Assembly: GCF_963921235.1 (NCBI RefSeq) | Contig: NC_086097.1 | Location: 48,796,001 to 48,860,000, forward strand | Direction: 5' to 3' | Origin: Mobula hypostoma | Taxonomy: Eukaryota | DNA: 64,000 nucleotides | Translations under genes and position numbers: made by a program | Shown here: one piece after another, positions 25,395 through 36,099 of the stretch | Layout of the letters: each line of letters begins with the position of its first letter | Numbering within the stretch: the first letter of the stretch is position 1 | The notes under the pieces: generated by a model | Told to the model about the DNA's origin: nothing | The model's database searches: none | The model's input: only the letters and a program-made list of their open reading frames with translations

Positions 25395-25517
25395 AGAAGG
25401 CCAGGAACTGGGGTTGAGAAGGAGATTTAAAAAAAGGATCAGCCATGATCGAATGGTGGAGCAGACTCTATGGGCCAGAGAGCCTAATTCTGCTCCTATG
25501 TCTTGTGGTCTTATGGA
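25395..25517 (+). mobile_element. 3' tail of the host CR1 at 20551-21391
   Basis: ggatcagccatgatcgaatggtggagcagactc...ctcctatgtcttgtggtcttatgg. Confidence 0.8.
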
Positions 25518-26797
25518 CTGTTGTACATCTTCTACAGACCATTCCAGGAACACTAGTGGAGACTCAAAGTGGTTAACAGCCTTATTATTTCATTCAGTAC
25601 ATGATCTAAATGAATGGAGGAGTATGAAAGTAGAGAACCCTAACTTTAAAAATAGAAATATATCTAGAATATTTGTGCATTTTTCCCCAAACACTCAATG
25701 CAATCCCACCTGAAGGAGTTCAACAATTTTTTGAAAAAATAACGGGAAATATTTTCTGTTCTTGAAGTAGGTTAGTATAGTGCTGGATAATGAGAAGTTA
25801 CAGACTGTCAGGTGTTCTTCGAGTTTAAGTTAAATTAGTGCTAAGTACTCCATAAAGTATTTATCACAATTCTCCTAGAGTCTGGATGCAATTGTTTGAT
25901 GGGTCTTATTTCACTTTCTGCTTTTGTTTTTCTGTGACAAGATAGAATGGAGAAAAATTATCTTTGCTTGCATGCACAGAGTCATAGAATCGCCAAGTAC
26001 AGGAAGGTGCCGTTCCGTCTGCTGAGCAGACAACATACATTTTAACAGCAATCTAAATGATCTCCTGCCTCTTCTCTTTAACCAAATTCTTGCTTTTTTG
26101 CTCCTTCAAGTTTTATCACACCCTATTCAACAATTATATTAACTCCTCTTTTGCCAAGCATCTTAAATCCATGCTCTCTGGTTATTGACCTTTGAGCCTC
26201 ACAACTAACTGCTCTTTATTTCATTCTGTCTAAAGCTTACATTACTTTAACTGCTGCTATCAAGCTATTCCTCTGCTCAAAAGAAAATAATGCAAGCTTC
26301 CCCAGCCAGCCTTTAATATCTTATTTTTGAAAGCAGTTTAGGTAGTGCTCTTTCCAAAGGCATCACATCACTATTGTATCTGACAGGTGGTGCTGGGCAC
26401 CTGGGGTATCCTATATAGTAGTAGCATAACTCCTGAGTCGTAGATTCAAACAGCATGGAACAAAAACTTTCCGCTCAACAGGTTCATATTTGTTCTCTGT
26501 GCCTCTTTTTAAATCCCTGGATGCCATATGAGCTGTTTAGTAGGTCTTTCTTGTTATCTTCAGATATTCTTGGATGAGTACCCTTCCAGCACTGCTCTTC
26601 TCACAGCCTGTAAAAGAAAAATTCTTATGTAATGGTGTATTGCTTTCCTTTATTCTTCCTACCAAAAGAGTATCTCCTCACAATAGGAATTTCACCTGCC
26701 ATCCCTTTCAACAACCTGAGCAATGTTTTCTTGAAAACCGTTACTACTTTCCTCATGATTTCCGGGTTTTGAATCAAATGCATAATTCACAATGGTA

Positions 26798-26890
26798 CAA
26801 CACACATCAAAGTTGCTGGTGAATGCAGCAGGCCAGGCAGCATCTCTAGTAAGAGGTACAGTCGACATTTCGGGCCGAGACCCTTCGTCA
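26798..26890 (-). mobile_element. Short Penelope-like terminal fragment with a partial hammerhead, 12-bp TSD
   Basis: Matches 28606-28698; TSD ttcacaatggta at 26786-26797 and 26897-26908. Confidence 0.85.
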
Positions 26891-28666
26891 TACCATTTCA
26901 CAATGGTATGCTCTTTTCCCAAATGAAAATCATAATGTACATCAAAAATTGCCATGGGTCCAGTACTGAAAAATGGGGAGCTCCATTCGGTATTTCACCT
27001 GATCCACAAACAGGAAACCACCTCTCCATGTTTTCACTCTCTAAACAACTTTAAACTCTGCTGCTATGCCCTTATACATCATATGGGTTTCAGGTATGCT
27101 AGCAAATCTAGTAAGTGGCATCAAAGTTGATGACACCAAAGTCAGTTGAATACTCATCTGAGTAACCATTTAAGACATTCATGAATCCCTCCTTTAATCT
27201 CTGGAAAGTGAAGATGGTTACCTAGTTTTAAATTGCTTCCTTTTGAAGAGAAGCATACAGAATCTATCATTGCTAATGTACCTCTTTCTTCAAGTTAAGA
27301 TTTAGAAAGTACCTTAAGATACTACATGTTCTTTGCCTGAGTCCAGTACTAGGAAATCTGCTAGCCAAAATATAATGTTTGTGTTGCAGTTGGATCTATT
27401 ATTTGATATGTCATAATGTCAGAAAGAAGCACAGTCTGAAAGAAACATTTGGAGGAATTGAGTCGTTTGGCAGTTTCCATTTTCAAAGAATGTTGCTGAT
27501 TCAAAGCCATTTGCTTCTCTGAAAATCTGGGATATCCATCCATGCATGCGCAGCAAATGCAGAGATGCAAAGCACCCATCTGCTGGCACATCAGACAATC
27601 TATTCTTGTGGTGGGAGTTACTATTGAGACTAGCATGGGGGCATTTCATGCCTGAGCCTGAGTATGAAGCCAGAGAAGACTGGAATAGAAATGCCATATG
27701 AATTGGGAGTCATTGATGACCACACACTTAATGTCACTCACATGCAAAATTTTCATACCATATTAAATATTACTTTCAAGGTAACGCTTTATTTCACCAC
27801 AAGTGATCCAGGAGCTTCAGCTGTGTGATGAATTGCAAATATCCAAAACTGGCTAGCAAACTCCACTGGTTCAGCATTAGATTTGTAAGAATGGCATCTC
27901 AACCAGCTTCATCTGTGAAATGCATTGGATTGTGCAAGGTTGCTGTAGTTGCACAGTAGGCATGAACTAGTCACATAATGTCAAGTCTTCCCTTTGCAAG
28001 TTTAAATACACTTGTAATTGTTAACCACTGCCAGTCAACCTTTCTGGCACTGGTACAACTACCACTAATTTAGAATCTCATTACTTCAACTTTTAATGTT
28101 TGCTGGAGATCTGAAAATATTAAATTTAGAAGTTAATTTGCTTGTTTATCTTTACCTCCTTAATCTAGTTTTTCCTCCCATCTTTTATTTACTTTTCTTA
28201 TCCAACATTTAACTTTGAATTCAAATATATTCATTCACTTTCACTTCCAGGATTCAGTGTTTATCTCACATTCTTTAAGAGGGTATACGTTTGCTTTTCT
28301 CGTTCTTTTAATTCTTCAAGCCCTGATTCCCTTTCAGGAGCTGAATTAACTCACACATTGAGTGACTTGCCATGCAAAAAATTTAATATCCAAAACTGAT
28401 ATTTTTGTAATTATAATATCCAAAAAATATTCAGACTTTGAAGGGGTGATGAAAATAAACAGGGACATTAAACCTTATATGCAAGAATATCATTACTGCA
28501 AGTAAAGGAGGATGTATCTTTATAAGATGGTTAAATTATCTGGCAAAGCTTGACGATATTTTGAGACGCAAACAACAGGAATTCTGCAGATGCTGGAAAT
28601 TCAAGCAACACACATCAAAGTTGCTGGTGAACGCAGCAGGCCAAGCAGCATCTATAGGAAGAGGCG

Positions 28667-28704
28667 CAGTCGATGTTTCAGGCCGAGACCCTTCGTCAGG
28701 ACTA
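28667..28704 (-). ncRNA. Minimal type I hammerhead motif, mirror copy
   Basis: Minus strand tagtc-CTGACGA-agggtctcggcct-GAAAC-ATC^gactg; stem I intact, G-to-A change in the cleavage triplet. Confidence 0.6.
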
Positions 28705-29338
28705 ACTGAAGGAAGAGTGAGTAAGGGATTTGAAAGCTGGAGGGGGAGGGGGAGATGCAAAATGATAGGAGAAGACAGGAGGGGGAGGGATAGAGCCGAG
28801 AGCTGGACAGGTGATAGGCAAAAGGGGATACGAGAGGATCATGGGACAGGAGGTCCGGGAAGAAAGACCGGGGGGGGTGACCCAGAGGATGGGCAAGAGG
28901 TATATTCAGAGGGACAGAGGGAGAAAAAGGAGAGTGAGAGAAAGAATGTGTGCATAAAAATGAGTAACAGATGGGGTACGAGGGGGAGGTGGGGCCTAGC
29001 GGAAGTTAGAGAAGTCAATGTTCATGCCGTCAGGTTGGAGGCTACCCAGACGGAATATAAGGTGTTGTTCCTCCAACCTGAGTGTGGCTTCATCTTTACA
29101 GTAGAGGAGGCCGTGGATAGACATGTCAGAATGGGAATGGGATGTGGAATTAAAATGTGTGGCCACTGGGAGATCCTGCTTTCTCTGGCGGACAAAGCGT
29201 AGATGTTCAGCAAAGCGGTCTCCCAGTCTGCGTCGGGTCTCACCAATATATAAAAGGCCACATCGGGAGCACCGGACGCAGTATATCACCCCAGTCGACT
29301 CACAGGTGAAGTGATGCCTCACCTGGAAGGACTGTTCC

Positions 29339-29776
29339 CTCCCCACTGATCTCCCTCCTGGCACTTATCCGTGTAAGCGGAACAAGTGCTACACATGCCC
29401 TTACACTTCCTCCCTTACCACCATTCAGGGCCCCAAACAGTCCTTCCAGGTGAGGCATCACTTCACCTGTGAGTCGACTGGGGTGATATACTGCGTCCGG
29501 TGCTCCCGATGTGGCCTTTTATATATTGGTGAGACCCGACGCAGACTGGGAGACCGCTTTGCTGAACATCTACGTTCTGTCCGCCAGAGAAAGCAGGATC
29601 TCCCAGTGGCCACACATTTTAATTCCACATCCCATTCCCATTCTGACATGTCTATCCACGGCCTCCTCTACTGTAAAGATGAAGCCACACTCAGGTTGGA
29701 GGAACAACACCTTATATTCCGTCTGGGTAGCCTCCAACCTGACGGCATGAACATTGACTTCTCTAACTTCCGCTAG
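29339..29776 (+). pseudogene. PLE C-terminal Cys-rich linker + GIY-YIG endonuclease (5'-truncated; mirror copy at 28996-29336 on the minus strand)
   Basis: LPPGTYPCKRNKCYTC...HFTCESTGVIYCVRCSRCGLLYIGETRRRLGDRFAEH...VATHF...RLEEQHLIFRLGSLQPDGMN; open to the stop at 29774-29776; no RT and no start codon. Confidence 0.85.
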
Positions 29777-30068
29777 GCCCCACCTCCCCCTCGTACCCCA
29801 TCTGTTACTCATTTTTATGCACACATTCTTTCTCTCACTCTCCTTTTTCTCCCTCTGTCCCTCTGAATATACCTCTTGCCCATCCTCTGGGTCACCCCCC
29901 CCCCGTCTTTCTTCCCGGACCTCCTGTCCCATGATCCTCTTGTATCCCCTTTTGCCTATCACCTGTCCAGCTCTCGGCTCTATCCCTCCCCCTCCTGTCT
30001 TCTCCTATCATTTTGCATCTCCCCCTCCCCCTCCAGCTTTCAAATCCCTTACTCACTCTTCCTTCAGT

Positions 30069-30106
30069 TAGTCCTGACGAAGGGTCTCGGCCTGAAACGT
30101 CAACTG
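30069..30106 (+). ncRNA. Minimal type I hammerhead ribozyme motif (PLE-associated)
   Basis: tagtc-CTGACGA-a-gggt(ctcg)gcct-GAAAC-GTC^aactg; core boxes intact, first stem I pair mutated; activity not shown. Confidence 0.65.
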
Positions 30107-30499
30107 CGCCTCTTCCTATAGATGCTGCTTGGCCTGCTGCGTTCACCAGCAACTTTGATGTGTGTTGCCCGATATTTTGAGATGTACTGTAATCCCACAA
30201 AGGATGTTGGGGTGAGGGTACTGAAGCAAAGTTATCCTTCACTGCACAAGCAGAGATCAGAAAATGATTCAAAAATTCTCAGTTATGACAAGTTGTAGCA
30301 TCAGTATAGCAAGAAAAAATGACTAATAATGCAGTTCAGATGAAGTCTTCATGCATTATGCACACAGGAAATATATAGGGTTCTCTGCTGAAGTGACCAA
30401 TTTAAACAAAGATCCGGCATTCCTCGAAAGCATAATCAAAGAGGGTGTGGATGAAATACTACATCTCAAGGAGAAGTTTCTGAAGGGACATTCTGCACT

Positions 30500-30705
30500 T
30501 AAGACCAATAGATATGGAAGCAGAAATAGGCCATTTGGCCCATCGAGTCTTCTCCACCATTTCACCACGTCTGATCCATTTTTTCCTCTCAGCCCCAATC
30601 TCTTGCTTTCTCCCTTTATCCTTTCATGCCCTGGCCAATCAAGAAGTAATCAACCTCTGCCTTAACTATACATAAAGACTTGGGCTCCACAGTTGCTTGT
30701 TGCAA
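30500..30705 (-). mobile_element. CR1 3' end
   Basis: gcagaaataggccatttggcccatcgagtc...gacttgggctccacag is the reverse complement of a CR1 tail. Confidence 0.7.
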
Positions 30706-31022
30706 AATCCTGTGCCATGAAATGAAGATGATCAAATGAATCACATAATTTGCTCTTTGAGGGTTCTAGATTAAGCAGAAGCAAATTGGTGGTAAATCTT
30801 GGGATCCCTGTTAAATTCTCCTCCTAGGCCTTCGAAGAGTCCAAAATCACTGTAGTAATTATTGGAAGATTGCAGTCCTCCCTTTGGTTACTTACAGCTC
30901 CAACCTCTGACATTTTATTTATATTTTTTCAATATAAATGTAAATAGGTTAACATTTTCTATATTCGCCTGTCCCCACAAAGGTCAAAATTCATAGCTGC
31001 TTTTATCACCAGCATTAACGCG

Positions 31023-31140
31023 GAAAGAAAAGAAAGAACTTGCATTTGTGCAAAGCCTTTCCCAACCTCTGGATATCCAAGAGCACTTTGCAACTATCAA
31101 TTACTTTTTAAATGTTGCCACCATGGTGATATAGGAAAGG
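31023..31140 (-). mobile_element. Deu-domain SINE (SacSINE1/AmnSINE1-like) 3' remnant
   Basis: aagaacttgcatttgtgcaaagcctttc...ccaagagcactttgca...tacttttt resembles the reverse-complemented DeuSINE tail as I recall it. Confidence 0.5.
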
Positions 31141-31489
31141 AAGATATAATTATCTGAATTCTGATAGCATTTCAGAGACTCAACAGATTTGCGTAGGTTG
31201 ATTTATTGATCTGCAGGCATAAGGGAACGGATTTTGAATGTGTTTACAGACAACTGGGCAGAAACAAAAGGACTGCTGCTATTAGATCTCTTCAGGAAAC
31301 ACATTGAAAGTATTAGGGACATGGCCTGTGAGAGAATAGGTATGTCAGTAAAACGAAAAGCACGCTTATCCATGTGCAACACAAAGCAAGGCTTGATTTC
31401 TAGAGTGTTAGCTTGCTCTGCTAGAAATATGACATAATTTGTTGAAATTGTTCTTTATAGTTTTCAATTGTCCCTGAAGCTTGTAAAAC

Positions 31490-31680
31490 GTAATCAGCCC
31501 AGTCAGATCGGCCTCCCTGCCAATTAGCTGTCACTAAAAATGGAGGCAGTGAGCCGGAAGTGTAAACACAATCAACTATAAAGAAACGGAGCGAGACTAT
31601 CGCTGCACACCTATGACCCTTTCAGACAAAGGCTTTTTCAACGGGCAGCAGTTTGTTCATTAACACTTAAAGAAGAAAGT
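31490..31680. promoter_or_regulatory. Candidate enhancer or conserved non-coding element
   Basis: No recognisable repeat, CpGs retained; clustered CAATTA, TGTCA, AAAATGGAGGC (YY1-like), CCGGAAGTG (ETS) overlapping TGTAAACA (FOX), and TGACCCTT. Confidence 0.35.
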
Positions 31681-33089
31681 GTCCTTCTGCACTTCTTGCA
31701 GCTGCTCTGGATGTTTCCCCTTGAATTCCCAGCAGATGGATCTTCTAAGAGGATCCCATGACGTGTCGACAAGTGTAAATGGTACTTTTTTTAAAAGGTT
31801 CATAAATGTATCAAATTAGGATCATTTTCAAACCTATTAAAGTCAATATTGGCTTGTTGATGTAGATTACCAGTACATCATAAGTGAGAGATGATAATGA
31901 GCCCCCAGGGCAAACAATGATCACAATGTCCAAAGAAAAAGCCTGAATGTATATAGTTTCTGCTGAGGTATCTGATGCTTCAATTTTACTTTATGCTCAG
32001 TAATATTAATAATTTTAGGAGGATGATAATAAAAGAAATTCTGTCATCGTTCTCAAAGCAAATACAGACATAACTTATGACATAATTATTAAAAGCTTAT
32101 ACAATACGTATTCAGCAACAATTTAGCAATTTTTAAAAAAATCCATTTGAAGCTTACCAATTCTTGCTTGAAGTACTCTGTTTTATACCTTACTTTCTTG
32201 CAATGTTGTGGCATTTAACCAGCTTCTTGACACTTGGTTCATTGTGGCATTCATCATAAAAATATCAATAACCTGTTTAAAGTAAGGAAATAGGAGGTTA
32301 TAGTGGTTCACTACTGGTACGCCAGCATACAGAGTTCTAACTGCTCAGAAGGGTTCACAAACAAGACAGTTAGAGAGAATCAATTAGTTCTACTTAAGAG
32401 TGTCATTGCACTTTCGTTTCTTAATCTAATTCATAACCATATTAGCTTACAGGAAGAATGTGGAATATCATTTATCTAACAATGATAAGTGGATGGTCAA
32501 TGATTGGAAGAGGAATAAATGAAGATTTTTTTCAAACAATTGGAATTACAACCAAAAATATTGTATAATATAGTTAATACTCTAGGGGTTAATGAACCAG
32601 TAAGTAAATCTAAACGGTCTCCAGGGCCTATTAGATATCTTCACTAGTTTTTTTTAAAAAGGGGAAATGGACATCCAAGTAATTCTGTAGAGCTGTTTAT
32701 CAATTACTGTAATCTATCCATGGCTGGATTCTAACATGAGTTCTCAGATGAATGTTTTACATCGCTCATCCCAGATCAGCAGACAGGTGTCATTACTTCA
32801 TTCTCCAATAGGCTCTTGTTCCCACTTTTGAAATGTGATGACATTAAGTCCTGAATGCGAAATAAATTGATTCGTATGTTACGAATGGATGGTGAAATTT
32901 AAAATTCAGTGTTTATTTCATTTCATTACTTTTTAGCAGATGTCCATTTTTAACTAATTACTGTGCATCAAAAATAAGCTTCGAAACACTCCTCGCGTTT
33001 TCGAAACATTCATAGTTCAATCTGTTACCATGGAGGAAAGCGCATTGAAGAAGCAGCTGAAATTGAACATTCCTTATTACGTCACAACT

Positions 33090-33790
33090 CTGCAGCTCCT
33101 CCACAGTCGCACTACTGGAGTACTTTCACCAGAAGCACTGCTTGGCTCACGTCCATCTTCTCAAGGACGTTAAGGGATGAACAATGAACAACTTCCTAAA
33201 AGAACAATTCAAAAGAAAAGATTAGATCAAGGAGACAGCTTCTGAGGCCAAGGAGACTGACTTTTGACAACTTCAACTGTTCCTTTGTGTTGGATAAGTT
33301 TCCATCAGTAGAGAGTTTTGCCATCTTCAAATTAGCTTTCCTCAAGAGCATCATGATACAATATTCTCTCAAATGTTGTTGATGTCAAGGGCAGTCACAG
33401 TCACCTTATTTCTGGAAATAAGCTCTTGTGCCCATGATGCCTGAGGCAGAATCCCAAAATGAGCATCAATGATCAGGTTAAATGTGCATGTGTCACTTGG
33501 TAGCACTGTTGACAAACCTTCTATCGCTTTGCTGTGTATTAACTAGGTTAATGGGGCAGTAATAAGTTGGGTGGGATTTGTTCTGCTCTTTATGGACTTG
33601 ACATAAATAGGCAAATATCTACGTTGTGGCATGGATGCCAATGTTGTAACTGTAATGGTATATCACATTTTTGAAGTGCCACTGCTGGGATATTGGATGA
33701 TTCATTGCCTTTGTAGAATCCAGTATCTCAGTAATTTTTTGATATCATGTGCAGTGAATTGATTTGCAGAATGACCTCTGGGATAACGGG
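33090..33790. mobile_element. Old LINE remnants (3' tail on +, RT region on -)
   Basis: catcttctcaaggacgttaagggatg tail (compare 54430-54470); ttgatgtcaagggcagtcac on the minus strand reads as VTALDI. Confidence 0.5.
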
Positions 33791-34029
33791 AAGATGACAT
33801 CAACTAACTGCTGGATGCAGCAAAAGCAGCGAGCTGCTTACATTACCGGCTTGCCTTGTGGAGTGCCACATTAAACTTGTAACCTTTTAGGAGAGCTGAT
33901 AGTTCCAGACGTCCCGGTGTACTTATACAGGAAATACACAAGATTAGTATGCAGGTATAGCAAGTAACTAGAAAGACAAATAACTCGGTAAATGTGTAGC
34001 TCGGGTGGTTGATGGTTGGGTTGAACCAT

Positions 34030-34695
34030 CAGAAAGACAAATGGAATATTAAAACCTACTGCAATTATTTTCGAACTTAATAACTTTAAAAGTGGGCAAA
34101 TCTTGATACAACTGTACAAGATTTTGGTGAAATCGCACCTGCAGTATTGCATGCGGTTTTGGACACTATGTTTAAGGAAGGATATATTTGTAATGGAGCA
34201 AATTACCAAAGATTCACCAGGTTGATTCCTAGAATGAAGGGGTTGAGTAATAAGGAAAGTTCAGGCAAGCTGGGGCTATGTTTATTGTTTAAAAGATTAA
34301 GGAGCAATCTTGGAGAAACACATTATGAGAAGGTTTGACAGGGCAGATGCTGAGAGGGTATTTCCCCTCATGCGGCTGTCTTGAATTAAACAGCAGACTT
34401 TCACAATAAGTGCTGGCTCATTTAAGTTGCAATGGGAAAAAAAATCCATCTCAGAATTCTTCAGTGGAATCTTTAGAATTTTCAACATCAGAGAGCAATG
34501 GATATTGTGTAATCACTTAATATAATAGGCTTCAACAGAGAACTTTAATCTATCACTGTGCTGAGAATGATGGTAAAAACGGGAAGTTGGGGTCACAGGA
34601 AAGTAAAGCTGAGGCCAAGGTCACATTAGGCATGATCTTAATGAATAAGAGAGCAGGTTTGACAGTCCTTTGACCTCCCCTGCTACTATTTCTTC
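34030..34695 (+). mobile_element. Old CR1 3' fragment
   Basis: Remnants of QLYKILVKSHLQYC and QRFTRLIPRMKGL plus a CR1-type tail. Confidence 0.7.
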
Positions 34696-34843
34696 AGGGA
34701 TTCTACTTAAAATATTAGTGAGGAAAGTATATACAGACCGCTGGGGATCAAGGCTCTTGCCATATCCAGCTCAGTCTGATATAGTCAAGGCACGCACACC
34801 TTCCTAGCTGCTGCTGATCTCACTGCAGCTATCCGATTTTTAA

Positions 34844-34910
34844 ATGCAAATACAGCACAGCAAAGCCAGTGAGGCTATAAAAAGCCAGTGTTGGTCAGTC
34901 AAATCACATT
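34844..34910 (+). promoter_or_regulatory. Candidate Pol II core promoter (octamer, TATA, Inr)
   Basis: ATGCAAAT 34844-34851; TATAAAAA 34876-34883; TCACATT (YYANWYY) 34904-34910, with its A 30 nt after the first T of the TATA box. Confidence 0.3.
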
Positions 34911-35634
34911 GAACACGGAAGCACCTTCAAAGTGTGCACAATGAAAAGAATTCAGAATGAAGCCAAAAATAAAAACAGTTTTTCTGCACCACTAGCTGTC
35001 CTGGTATGGATGGAGACTGATTTTATCGATGAGGCTCTTACTGTGGCTTGAATTTTATGGAAATGTGTGAAATTTGGCAGGGGTTCACATGATATTATTT
35101 ACTTATTAGTATAAGGCTGGTACTCCGCCTGAATTTTCACACCGCATAAAAATAGTGTCCTTTGGCAAATGCTTTTGCAACCAGTGCCCACAGTGTGCAA
35201 GGTCCAGCCCTATCAGATCAGGGCTAATTAGAACTGAACAGCTGGTTATACCAGACTGTGCTATCTTTTCCTTCATCACTGTATTTCCCAGAAGACTGCT
35301 TCCAAATGAGGTGCCTCTAATTTACACTTCATGTCACACTGTACGCCGAATGGTTTCATTTTCCACTCACTTAATTGGGCTTCACCATTACAGGCACTGA
35401 AACTCGCTCCAACACATAAATGCAGGCAGGGCTAGTAGACTCACCCAGTGCTCCCTATTGGACAGGAGGACATACATGCCAGCCTCCAAAACCTGATAGT
35501 GCAAATGATATCAACCTCAAAATACCCCATTCAATTCCAGAAAAGAATACAACATGAAAAACCAACAACAGACAGTGTTCAATTAACGCCCATCCCAAGG
35601 GCCACTGACACAAAATAATTGATTCAATGAAATT

Positions 35635-35752
35635 GATTCTGAATCAAAGATCATCAACCTGAAACATTAACTTCATTTCTCTTTCTCAGCAGAGTCTGGC
35701 TGACCTGACAGATAGTATCAACCTTTTTTTTAATTAGATTTCAGATTTCCAT
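35635..35752 (+). mobile_element. Old Penelope-derived terminal fragment with a decayed hammerhead
   Basis: ttctgaatcaaagatcatcaacctGAAACattaact...ctgacctgac...tttcagatttcca has the same layout as the young PLE terminus. Confidence 0.45.
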
Positions 35753-36099
35753 TTTAATATAATCAAGTTTTTTAAAAAAATCAGGATTTTGTCATTTTTG
35801 AGGGATAACATTCCAAATATTCAGCCATTATTCCAATGAGGTTGCATTAACAAGGCAATGGGAACCAGAGGATGGAGCTGTTGGTGTAAAGATAGATGCA
35901 TAGTGTAGAAAGGATGTGAGGAAGGATAGGCTGTGGATCGGGTGTAAATGAAGTCATCTGGATGGGTTGAAATGTGTCATCTTTAACGTGAGAAGTATCA
36001 AGAACAAGGGTGATAAATTTAGAGTGTGAATCAGCACATGGAACCACACATTGTGGCCATTAAGAGGACTTAGCTGATGGTTGTTCCGGGGTTTAGATC

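Larger units (their letters stand above)
28567..30169. mobile_element. Penelope-like element (Neptune-like) inserted as a head-to-head inverted repeat
   Basis: Arms 28605-29336 and 29436-30168 are near-perfect reverse complements with a 99-bp spacer; 13-bp TSD cgatattttgaga (28554-28566 and 30170-30182); each arm encodes a GIY-YIG domain. Confidence 0.92.

Noticed and set aside
27573..27588. CTCF-like site (minus strand tgccagcagatgggtg)
   Set aside because: Mismatch in the core GGC and a single motif is not enough evidence
28561..29202. 213-aa plus-strand ORF and its mirror ORFs at 29570-30272
   Set aside because: Antisense read-through of the purine/pyrimidine-skewed PLE terminal repeat; duplicated only because of the palindrome
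30351..30665. 104-aa ORF MHYAHRKY...
   Set aside because: The 3' half is an antisense CR1 tail; the 5' half is unrecognised and has no splice signals
34844..35500. Immunoglobulin V gene downstream of the octamer-TATA
   Set aside because: No leader exon, Ig-fold ORF or heptamer-nonamer signal with 12 or 23 spacing seen
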